Assembly: GCF_006345805.1 (NCBI RefSeq)
Contig: NC_042998.1
Location: forward strand, 28,210,001-28,274,000
Length of the DNA stretch: 64,000 bases
Direction: 5' to 3'
Source of the DNA: Octopus sinensis
Lineage: Eukaryota
The notes beneath the pieces were generated by a model. That model was not told the DNA's origin and searched no databases. It was given only the letters and a program-made list of their open reading frames with translations. Both the position numbers and the translations under genes were made by a program. Every line of letters starts with the position of its first letter. The stretch's first letter is position 1. Shown here piece after piece: positions 1 through 10,985 of this stretch.

Positions 1-760
1 TAATTTCATACTTAATATTGTTAAGAGTATCTCGGTTGCAGGGTGCCGAAAAAGAAATTCCATACGATATTTAAACAAATTAGACCAATTAAGCATTCAT
101 TTAATATTTTATACTCACAAATAAAAAAAAATGTTATCTATAAACCATGGCTATAATTATCGCATCGCAATTTCTATTTAAAATTCATCATGGAAAATTA
201 TATTAACAAACGAACACTGAAATTTAAATACATTATTCTCATAAATATGGTGTAGAGGGAATTGAAGTTTATCAATAATTACTCTAGAAATACTTTTAAT
301 GCTTAATTTGAAATATTCCTGTATTTATCATTATATTTTATCGATCGTGACAAATGAACCAAAATTGCATTTAAGCAACTAATTTCAGTTTAATATAATA
401 TCATTATTGATGATAAATCACGAATACGTTCCTCGACCTTCAAACTTGCAAATTATTTTGTAACCTGCGATGGAGTTGCTGAAACTGGGATACAAAACAT
501 CTTCGTTGAAACTTGAGAAGTGTTCGAATTGAATATTGAATTTTATATATTAGCACAAGATAACATTTATGGGTACGTTATAATCTATCACATCAACATC
601 AATACTGAATTGACTTTATTTATCGATTTTATTTATTGAACCTGAGAGGATGAAAGTTAACTTATGGGAATTTTAAGTAAAAACTTAAGGAAATGAACTT
701 GAATGAATTTTTCCAATGCTGTAAATCATGCCACCAACCTAACGTCCTCAGTAATATATA

Positions 761-886
<126 letters not shown>

Positions 887-1050
887 ACAAAGTTGAGTTG
901 TGGGGTATCGCACGAGTGGAATTATATACGAAAGAAGGTTTGAAAATGCAATTTAAAAGATGTTTATTTACTTAACCGGTTTCACCCTTTGGAAACAGAT
1001 TGTCAAAAGTAACATAGAATATTATGAATTCAAAAATGTTTTTTTACATA

Positions 1051-1336
1051 ATTGCCACATTACATGTATATATATACATTCTTTGGTAACAGGGACATGT
1101 TAAGGACATAAAGAAGTACAACAGTGTGATGAGAATATTTGAAAAAATGGGCAGAAAAGAATAAAACAAATATATTATTGGAAGTTTGGTTGCGTTAATT
1201 ATTGGTTGTTGCAAATTGCCACATTACATGTATATATACAGTCTTTGGTAACAAGGACATGTTAAGGACATAAGAAAGTACAACAGTATGATGAGAATAT
1301 TTGAAAAAATGGGCAGAAAAGATTAAAATAAATATA
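1051..1336 (+). repeat. Two direct copies of a ~125 bp unit, period 164
   Basis: attgccacattacatgtata...gggcagaaaaga at 1051 and 1215. Confidence 0.9.
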
Positions 1337-1386
1337 TGTCCGTTTTAGCAGAAATGTTGAATTCAACATTCCTGCTAAAACGGACA
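1337..1386. repeat. 50 bp near-perfect palindrome without spacer
   Basis: tgtccgttttagcagaaatgttgaa / ttcaacattcctgctaaaacggaca, one mismatch. Confidence 0.9.
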
Positions 1387-2289
1387 GGTCAGTAAACAAG
1401 CTCGCCTTGAATTCATAATATTCTGTACTGACCCTAAGATGTATAATATATTTATTATCATGAATAATCCATCGTATTTTAAAGTATGTTGAAACAAGAA
1501 GCAGATTACGCCACTGTTAAGATTGCTGTGTGCATTTTGATTTCGCAATTAATTCTTGAAGTTTCATCGACAGAGTAGAGCTTCCGTCTGTAGTTTGTTT
1601 GCTTCTGCGTCTCTAGAAATGCCTAAAGAGACGGAAATGTTTCTAACACCTAAGATTTCATCACAGGCACCAGATACCGGTGTATGGATTACAGCACAGC
1701 AGTCTTTAAATTGGACTCGCGTGGCATTCCCGTCCGTCCTACTCAGGATAATATGTGTTAGACATAACTTTCGAAGTTGTTACTCAGAAGAGAAAGATGA
1801 GGCTTTTTCTACTCTTGTGCGCATCTCAGGTGTGTTTGTCTGACCATATTGCCTTGTTGATTCAGTGATGTCCGACAACATGCAGGTGACAATGTACACG
1901 TATGAAATCAGAGATCTCAGATGAAGCGAATATTCTTCAAAGGTTCTTATGTTTTAAGCACTGGATCAAATGCTAAAACGCACAAGAATAACACAGAAAA
2001 CAGACTGAGGACATAATTCCAAAAATGTCGTTATATGATCTGATCAGTGAGAAATGATTCTGTACAGGTAATCGATGAAACCTATGAAAGTAAGGCTGAA
2101 ATCGGTTTTACATTGAACACCCACAATATATGGTCGCTGGTTGTTCTTGCAGAGGTCTTCATATAAATATAAATTGACCACTGCCAACTACTTTGCGAGA
2201 TCATGATTCAACTCCTTCAGTCTGCATTCAGTGTCGTTATGAGCTTAAATGATTAATGCTTTCGTCATCGTCCGACTGCGCAGCAATGT

Positions 2290-2369
2290 GGGGAAGTGTC
2301 TTTTACTATAGTCTTGGGTCGACCTATGCCTTCTGAGTCGATTTGATATGCAGAAACTAGAAGAAACTC

Positions 2370-2440
<71 letters not shown>

Positions 2441-2592
2441 GTATATTTGTGTGTGTCTGATTTTGTTTTCCTCTCCATCGATTGACAATCAATGCCGGTG
2501 TATTTATGTCACCGTATCTTAGCAGATCGGCAAAAGAGACGGATAGAATAAGTATTAGGCTTACAAAGAAAAACTCCTGGGGTCGATTCATT
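2290..2592 (+). mobile_element. SINE family S2 (tRNA-derived, internal TA/TG microsatellite), diverged and 5'-truncated
   Basis: Colinear with copies at 15002 and 25325. Confidence 0.75.
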
Positions 2593-2759
2593 CTACCCCT
2601 TTTTTGATGACAATATAATGCTTTCTCTCCAAGAATTTGAACTGCAGTTTTTACCTCTGTAGAAATGTAATGCTCTATGACTCACGTGGGTGGACAGGGA
2701 GAATAATAGATCTCATTCGTATTTTTGGATTCGCTAGTACTGGGTGTCTGGCATGGTTT

Positions 2760-3045
2760 GTCCGATGTTACAGATATCGGACGGGTATGTTTGATTCTTA
2801 GTATTTTCAAATCTAAATCAGAAGAAATCTCTGAGCTGATGAAGGAAAAGTGGCGTTTTACCCACAAATCCAGAAACAGACTGTCCTCGGGTATCGTATA
2901 TGGATGTGATCTTTCATTGTTTTTCCCTTATACCTATGTAAGTTATTTTCTGAGTATGCATTGTCTGGAGACTTTTATTTGCAGTTGAAGAAATAGCCAA
3001 ATTTTTGGCTGCTATTTCTGAAAAGTTCGGTGTGTGGTAAAGTGA

Positions 3046-3050
<5 letters not shown>
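2760..3050 (+). mobile_element. Family A non-coding element, diverged single copy ending at (TA)n
   Basis: gggtatg...ttttcaaatc...ctgagctgatga and ggctgctatttct blocks match the 560 bp monomer at 41401-42590. Confidence 0.75.
2830..2891 (+). ncRNA. Type I hammerhead ribozyme motif (family A)
   Basis: tctgag-CTGATGA-a gga..gtgg/ccac..tcc a-GAAA-cagactg-TC-ctcggg; GUC site. Confidence 0.75.
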
Positions 3051-3111
<61 letters not shown>

Positions 3112-3134
3112 TATATATACATACATATATATAT

Positions 3135-3597
3135 AGGGAATATAATTCCAAAAGTTGCAGGGGAAAACTCAATTTTACAATTTTAAATCAAATTTCACAA
3201 TATATAATATATGTATATAATTTAGAGAAAAACCTCTATTAAACAATTCAATAAAGAAAGATGTTATTCACACCATATAGAAAACATATACTATAAGCAA
3301 AACCTTATTTTAAAAATCAATAAAGTACAATAAATAGTAAATATTAGTAAAAAGACTACGCACATTTCATGGCAATATTTTCTAATAGATATTAATAATA
3401 AAATCAATTCGATTCACAATTAAATCGAACTAAAATTCTATTTCGATTTAACTGTGAATCGAATTGATTTTATTATTTATTGTACTTTATTGATTTTTAA
3501 AATAAGTTTTCTTTTATAGTATATGTTTTCTATATGGTGTGAATAACATCTTTCGTTATTGAATCGTTTAATAGTGGTTTTCTCTAAATTATATACA

Positions 3598-3598
<1 letters not shown>
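3135..3598. mobile_element. Family D fold-back element with one-sided tail between (TA)n/(TACA)n tracts
   Basis: Outer arms 3211-3335 and 3474-3598, inner arms about 3395-3478, tail 3135-3210; related to 63361-63624. Confidence 0.8.
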
Positions 3599-3660
<62 letters not shown>

Positions 3661-4631
3661 GCTTACGTTCTGCTGATATTTACAGCTAATGGAATTATTC
3701 TTCCAAATCAAAAGTTAAATAAATCCTTGGGTCCTGGTATATGAAGGTAAATGTTACGCAGTATTTAACAACTTCATCGCTGTGAGTGAAAAATCGATCG
3801 GATACATATTGGATTTCACTTTTATGCGTTCATGTTTTATCTTCCAAGTTGATAAAGGAAATCCCAGAAATATATTGATACGTGTTCTATCAATATTATC
3901 GCTTCCAAACATTACAAACATTGCGATACTGCTGTTGCAGAATATATCTGATTCGCCATTAGATTGTTAAAATACTATGTCAGAATTACATCAATATTAA
4001 ACGAAACAGACAATATAGTAAGAAATATCATGCTTGTAAATCTATTGCCGATAAAGATCAACAATACATATTTTCATTCAATTAGAGAAGATGTCGATCA
4101 TTTTCTGATGTATGTTTGTATATAATAGCATATATTTTTGTCTTGAGTCATCAATGCCAAATTTATATCTACTATCACTGCTTTGTATCTGCAAACGACT
4201 TGAATGCATGTATTGTAATTTAGAAGTGTTCCAATCACTAGAATTAGTTATGTCATAGTGATTTTAGAAAACAAGGGGCTTTGAATTTCTATTGTGAAAT
4301 AAAGCATACACCCATGGATCTTCTGGCGTATGTACTGAGCAAATACAATACAAGCTGATATAAAAAAAAACATCCGATATTTTTTTCACAATTAGTACAA
4401 CGGTACGTATACCATCACTACCATACTCCCATCCATAAATTTAGCCAAAATAACATGGTATAGTCCAACATCTATAATGTATTGCACCAAGAAGTGATTT
4501 TGAATATTAAAACAAACAAAACTGGCATTCTGTCAGTTATGGTGACGGTTCCAGTTGATGCGGTCAGTGGAACAACTTTCTCATCAAATCAGCATTCAAG
4601 ATGCTGATGATTTCACAAGCATGCGCCGTAC

Positions 4632-4848
4632 AAGGCGGCGAGCCGGCAGAAACGTTAGCACGCCGGGCGAAATGCGTAGCCGTATTTCGTCTGCCGTTAC
4701 GTTCTGAGTTCAAATTCCGTTCAGCCTTTCGGGGTCGATAAATTAAGTACCTGTTACGCACTGGGGTCTATGTAATCGACTTAATTCGTTTGTGTGTCCT
4801 TGTTTGTCCCCTCTGTGTTTAGCCTCTTGTGGGTAGTAAAGAAATAGG
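4632..4848 (+). mobile_element. SINE family S1 (tRNA-derived head; cctttcggggtcgataaattaagtacc core resembling the Meta domain)
   Basis: Matches copies at 16428, 31690, 51441 and 61935. Confidence 0.8.
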
Positions 4849-5387
4849 TATGCGTAACGTTAATGTAGTTCTCAGGGAGGTTCGGCGTGGTACAGCGCGT
4901 AACAAGGCTGGGCCCATGAAATAGAAGTACCGCTCATTTTTGCTAGTTGAGTAGACAGAAACAAAATGAAATAAAATATCTTAATCAAGGACGCAACGCT
5001 CTGCCGAGAATCGCAATATTAAATCACAGGATATAAAATAAGGATATTAAAAAGAAGGGATGATCTGCACTGGAGATAATGGTAAGATATTAATCTTAAT
5101 GGCTAAGACAGACTATTACAAGCGTAACAAAAATGGTGAACAAGAATACTCTTAAATGTGATACGTAGATAGATACGCGTCGAATTTTCTTTTATGACAT
5201 TTTTATCGTTTGCAACTTTATGTTACATTACTTCTTTTGTCTATATTTTATATTATGTAAAATGTTTCGATAACTCGATAATTAAAATATTTCTTGGTGT
5301 TTATTATAGATAAAAAAGTATTAGCATTTCTCCAAGTCCGCCAAAACACAATTGTTTTTTTATTATTTTTGCGTGTGTAGTGTTTAA

Positions 5388-5787
5388 TCTCTCTGTATAT
5401 AAAGCTGAAGTTGTCTCTGTATGGCAGGTTTGGTAGCCTTCAACTAACACTATCTCCTCCGAGACCCTGCGGCGCAAGTTGACCATAATTGAGAGTATGA
5501 TATAAGAAGGCTTGTTCTTCATTCCATAGCAGAAAAAATTCAAATCGGACCATGTTAACACCAAGAATTATTTTCATCAAAAAGGTGCTTTTTTTCTATG
5601 GAAATCCCCATTTTTTTTTACGATTTTTCGACTGCTGTGTCGCCATTTTTCTGTGTATTTCAACCAGAAAAATGTTCACTTAAATAGAATAACAAGCTAC
5701 ATAATGCAAAGTTTTACTTTTCAAAAATTCCAATTCTAAAGGGTCGAAAAGAAAACAAGCCCGAGCAACGCTGGGCTATACTGCTAG
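5388..5787 (+). mobile_element. Non-autonomous Helitron
   Basis: A|TC start, subterminal hairpin cccgagcaacgctggg, CTAG|T end; three copies in the window. Confidence 0.85.
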
Positions 5788-6970
5788 TAATTGTTATAAA
5801 TAACTGCCTACCATAACTTTATTGCGCTGTTTAAAACATAATACTATGTAGAATTCTATAGATTCGTGTTTTGCAATTCCTCCAAATTTACAACCATTTA
5901 TTGGCAACTGTTTTATTGGCGACTGTTATTACATTATTCAACATATCGGTGATTAACAATTTATGTCGAAAAGATAACCGACAATGTTTTCCATTAACAA
6001 TAATAAAACATACTTGATTCAATTATTAATAATCGCAAGTGTTCGGTTGTTTTACGTTATTGATAATTAACGTCACTATTTCAGAAGATAGCGTTATCTT
6101 CAGGTCGATAATTTAAAAGACTCTGTATGTACTGAGAAGTTTAACAAATCTCTCTTTCTTGCAGTAACACTTCGATGTTCATGCTTTTACTTTGCAGTGA
6201 TGCTATAATATACTATGGCTGCTGTTATTAATGTAGTAACTGAAACCATCGCTTCTCATCTGAACGACAAACGTGGGAAAATATTGTTCATCTTTTAAGC
6301 CACCACCAAAATGATAACTATATTCGCTGAATACCTCTTAAGGGATAATTATTTTGACTAATATCCTCGCGCATTCATAATATAATTAATGATAATCTAT
6401 TTTCAATTTTATAGCAAGTCTTATCTTAATTTTAATTGCATGGAATTATTCTAGATATTTTCCAAAAATATATAAATAAAATAGAAAATAGAAAATCGAA
6501 CAATTTCTGATAAGATCAAATACGTGATGAAAATTGTAAATATAAGTCGGTGAATAATATTATGTTTGAGCGATAAAAAATGTAAAAAACACTTTATTCT
6601 TATTTCGGAAAATCATTGGAATAATAATATTCTGGTTCGATTTAAAATGCTATCGATGAATAAACTTCTAAATACACAGAATTGACTAATTTCTGGAGGA
6701 GAAAGAGAAAATTTACTTAGTTACTGAGTAACTTTCGGAATTCTGATTCCATCGTCGTTGGTAACATACAATCTTGGTGTAAAAAATCACGAGATTCAAA
6801 AAGAAAACTTCAGCAATACTACCATGAGTGAAAATGGTACAAGAAGAGAAAGGCTTCAGTTAGAAGTCATGTCTCTACCTTCAAAATCTGACTCAAATAA
6901 AATCAGCCAAAAGAACTCAGGGATACACATCTTATATATATATATATATAATATATATATATATATATAC

Positions 6971-7037
<67 letters not shown>

Positions 7038-7184
7038 AAGAGCAATAAAGATTCAAGTTAATTTAAATGAATTTACTTGAATATGGTACCTAACTTAGAT
7101 GCACCAAAAAAAACCATACTGATTTAACAATACAGTAATGTGGGGTGATTACAAGCGAGAAAGAAGCAACAAGAATGGATAGGT

Positions 7185-7275
7185 TTTTAGTACGATCGTT
7201 TCATACAAGGACAGGTTTTATTAAAAGTTGCAAAGATTACAGCATATAAACGAGTCCCGTACTCATCAGCTAAAA
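7185..7275 (-). ncRNA. Type I hammerhead ribozyme motif (family B, left arm)
   Basis: Mirror image of 7464-7554. Confidence 0.8.
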
Positions 7276-7463
7276 TACATGTGAGTTCTCTAGACATCCT
7301 AGTGTTTGAGGCTATACTCATTTTTTAAAATTCTGTGATAAGACTGTACATCATCTTTAAAGAACTTTAATGAACTTTAGAAATCTGTTTATGTTAATTA
7401 ATTATCTACATTACTTCATGAGTATAGCCTCAAACACTAGGATGTCTAGAGAACTCACATGTA

Positions 7464-7554
7464 TTTTAGCTGATGAGTACGGGACTCGTTTATATGCTGT
7501 AATCTTTGCAACTTTTAATAAAACCTGTCCTTGTATGAAACGATCGTACTAAAA
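7464..7554 (+). ncRNA. Type I hammerhead ribozyme motif with extended helix II (family B, right arm)
   Basis: ttttag-CTGATGA-gtac...gtat-GAAA-cgatcg-TA-ctaaaa. Confidence 0.8.
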
Positions 7555-7584
7555 ACCTATCCATTCTTGTTGCTTCTTTCTCGC

Positions 7585-7618
<34 letters not shown>

Positions 7619-7903
7619 TACGATGTTATAAGCTATGAATGAGAGACAGCACAAGCTGCAGAAACTAAGTTCACATGGATTGAGAAATGGTTGAAAAACA
7701 AATATGAAAAGAGAAAAAAATTCATAAATAAATAAATTAGAGCATAATCCACCACATAATACAAGTGTTCTCGCTATTTAAGCCATAATCTAATCCTTCA
7801 TTAAAACAAATTACGAGCTCAGTTTACTGAGGTGCTTTAATAAGAAACATGAAACGATATTAATTGTAAACCTGGTTTAACACCTAATAATTAACACGTC
7901 CTT

Positions 7904-8296
7904 CCTAAACTGGACGTGCTGTTTAGATCGCCTTAAACTGCTGTTAAGACTCCAAAGTCCAGAACTACAGTCTTACGTTGACGACACTTGCTAATTAAGC
8001 ACCGACTATAGATAATTGATCGTCTGCACCGGTCATTTCACTGTTCTACAGATCATCGGCGGCAAGCAATTCCGCACCGAATGCCACCACGAAAATCAGT
8101 CGAACTGATACAATATAATATTGATCGGCATCAAAAGGTTAAATCAGGTGATATGGTAGTGCCATCCATCGGTGCAAACGACCATTTCGTCTGCCGATAT
8201 AGCTGGCGCTTAATTAGCACCTGTCGTCAACATGATAGAATATGTCTGGATGTTAACAGCAGTTTCAGGCGATCTAAGCAACACAACCAATTTAGG
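7904..8296. mobile_element. Old MITE-like diverged fold-back, about 390 bp
   Basis: Nested inverted blocks cctaaactgg/ccaatttagg, tagatcgccttaaactgctgttaa/ttaacagcagtttcaggcgatcta and gttgacgaca..ctaattaagc/gcttaattag..tgtcgtcaac. Confidence 0.7.
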
Positions 8297-8303
8297 TATG
8301 GTG

Positions 8304-8304
<1 letters not shown>

Positions 8305-8371
<67 letters not shown>

Positions 8372-8426
8372 CATTATTATTATTATCATTATTATTATTA
8401 TTATTATCATCGTTATTATTATTATC
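8305..8426. repeat. (ATT)n/(ATC) microsatellite
   Basis: Direct run. Confidence 0.97.
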
Positions 8427-9045
8427 ATTCGTTACAAAGACCACTTCTTCCAGTGAAAGCTAATTTACTTTAATATTAAAAGCTGAGACGAGAATAAACG
8501 CTTCATGCAAAGAGTTATAAAACAAGTATAGTATTTGTAGCGCTGTAAAGAAGTAGACTGGTGTTTATTAAAGCACACACAAACACGCACACATGTATAT
8601 ATGTATACACTTGAAGTTAAATATATATATATGAAAAATATGTTGTCTATTGACTATTTTATGCATGCTAGCCACTGGTAGAAAAATCTCTAATTTCTAT
8701 ACCCTATATAAATTTTCTAAATACTATCCTAGTAATTTTGAAGAAAATCAGCACATGAATTTCTTATTTGCTGCCGACTATAACTGCGCTTGCGCGGTGG
8801 ATTTGAATGATTATAATGTATAAAGATGAGACATGTGCTCTCTATTTGTCAAGGACGGGTAGAATTCCTGAGATCCACGGACGAGTTCCCTCTAGCGGTC
8901 CATGTCCCTTATCATCGCTGCTGTTTCCCTGCTTTCCTGAGCGTCAAATAATACTTTAATTGTTCCACGTCCTCGCGTTGCTGTGTTTTTTTTTCTGTGT
9001 TTTCTTGTTTGGATTAACTATATATATATATATATATATATATAA

Positions 9046-9230
9046 TAGATCGCTAGCCACTACACATTCTTTATTTTCTCTCATTGTTTCTTTCTGTGTT
9101 CCTTTCTGTGGAAGAGCGAAGGCTCGAAATGTTAAAGACTTTTTCCCTTCCCGAGCGTTATACTAATACATCTATTTGTTGTCTACATCACCTGTCTTCG
9201 TCTTTTGTTTTTTTTTTGTGAATTCTCCCT
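9046..9230 (+). mobile_element. Family C ~185 bp element in (TA)n with minimal HHR-like motif
   Basis: Copies at 33422, 34559, 53841 and 55511; inverted 3' fragment at 9332-9385. Confidence 0.8.
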
Positions 9231-10303
9231 ATAAATATATATATATGTATGTATGTATATGTATATATATGCAAATCTCTCTCTCTCTCCCTTTCTAACT
9301 CTTCTCTATGTATATATATAATATATATATAAGGAGAGTTTACGAAAAAAACAAAAGACGAAGACAGGTGATGTACAAAACAAACATACACACACACATA
9401 TACACCCCCACACATATTTAGACTATCACTCGGTCTATGTCATTGTATTTTAACATCTGTACAAATCGGCAATGTCCTTCATATTGTTATTCAGACGCTG
9501 AGCAACTTGCCTTTTTCTCTCTTACTTTACATCGTAATCCATTTCACGTTTCGACTGTTTTCCTCGGTCCTACCACATAGAATTGTTATTCGATTTAACG
9601 AAGTGCAAGCTTCAGTAAATCACAAATCTTTTTTTTTTTTCCGTTTCACTAAATGTTTGCCGACACAGAACACCACGAGTTTCCTCTGACTCCGGTTGCC
9701 ATGTGTATGCCACGCATTACGAATACCATAACTCAACTTTGAAACGAGACTACGAGCAAGACGAAAACTAACACAATAATGACCGTTAATGACCATGGCA
9801 CACTCACACAAATTTACAGCGCTAATTAGCTGTTATCGAAGCGTCTGAGAAAATTAATGCTGCATACAGGTGAGGAATACAAGCTTGGTGCAGCTATTGC
9901 TGCAGGGGAATCATTCAGTATTCAAGAAAGAAGAAAGGTAATAATAAATGGAAGAACAGTAAAAATAAAACAATACCCCCAAACTGCAACGCTGCAACTA
10001 TTACGGAATAACTGGAAATTATAATGAAAATAACGGTTTCAAATAGTGGCAGGAGGCCAGTAATTTTGAAGGAAGGTTCAAGTCGATAACATCGATCCCA
10101 GTGTTCACCTGTGTTTATTTTATTGGTTCCAGAAAGGTGAAAGGCTCGGTCGATCCCCGTGGTATTTGATCTCGGAATCGTAAATTAGGAAGAAATGCTA
10201 CTAAGAATGTTTTCCGGCGCGGTAACGATCCAGCCAGCTCGCTGCCTTGACGACGACGACGACAACAACAACAACAACAACAGCTGCAGCAGCAGCAGCA
10301 GCA

Positions 10304-10781
10304 GAGGCGCAATGGCCCAGTGGTTAGGGCAGCGGACTTGCGGTCGTGAGAACGCGGTTTCGATTCCCAGACCGGGCATTGTGAGAGTTTATTGAGCAAA
10401 AGCACCTAAGCTCCACGAGGCTCCGGCGGGGTGGGTGAGTGTTGAACCCCGCTGTACCCTTTCACCACAACTTGCTCTCACTCTTTCTTCCTGTTTCTGC
10501 CACAAAGCAGAGGAACCATGGTGTAACCCACTATCGTGTGGTAAACTTTCTGACCCTAGTCTAGATTGCGAATCCTCTGTACCCCAGGATGGTTCAACTC
10601 TCCACCTGTTAAAAGCCACCGTTTACGGAATGAGGATAACAACATAGCTTTCACGCCCGTGCATCCGCCAGTCTATCGCGTGTGATGGGTGGATCTTCAA
10701 GTTGCCACACGCATTCTTAGTAGCTTAGAGTAGGCTCGAATTAGAGATTATTCTTTGTGGCTAATAGCCTGGGTCCTGATT
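10304..10781 (+). mobile_element. SINE family S3 with a tail ending in (GAA)n
   Basis: A box tggcccagtgg, B box ggtttcgattcc; body shared with 26118, 36279, 46997 and 56009. Confidence 0.8.
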
Positions 10782-10985
10782 GGAAGAAGAAGAAGAAGAA
10801 GAAGAAGAAGAAGAAGAAGAAGAAGAAGAAGAAGAAGGAGGAGGGGAAGAAGAAGGAGGAGGAGGAGGGGAAGAAGAAGAAGGAGGAGGAGGGGAAGAAG
10901 AAGAAGGAGGAGGAGGAGGGGAAGAAGAAGGAGGAGGAGGAGGAGGGGAAGAAGAAGGAGAAGAAGAAGAAGAAGGGGAAGAAGA
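10782..10985. repeat. Pure-purine (GAA)n/(GGA)n tract
   Basis: Direct run, about 200 bp containing only A and G. Confidence 0.97.

Larger units (their letters stand above)
7036..7584. mobile_element. Family B fold-back element between (TA)n tracts
   Basis: 167 bp arms 7155-7321 and 7418-7584, identical by eye; 96 bp spacer; one-sided 119 nt tail 7036-7154. Confidence 0.9.

Noticed and set aside
700-755. Minus-strand CTGAGGA...GAAA next to (TA)n
   Set aside because: No helix II or helix I pairing.
1556-2230. GC-richer segment and ORF 1556-1843; faint resemblance of minus frames to RTE RT C-terminus
   Set aside because: Motifs are too eroded to support a call and there are stops in all informative frames.
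7036-7584. Classification of the fold-backs as ordinary MITEs
   Set aside because: The inverted arms are not terminal on both sides, arm length varies within a family and the arms contain outward-reading HHRs.
10304-10380. tRNA-like heads with A and B boxes (also S1, S2, S4)
   Set aside because: They continue into SINE bodies and lack a closable acceptor stem, so they are not tRNA genes.
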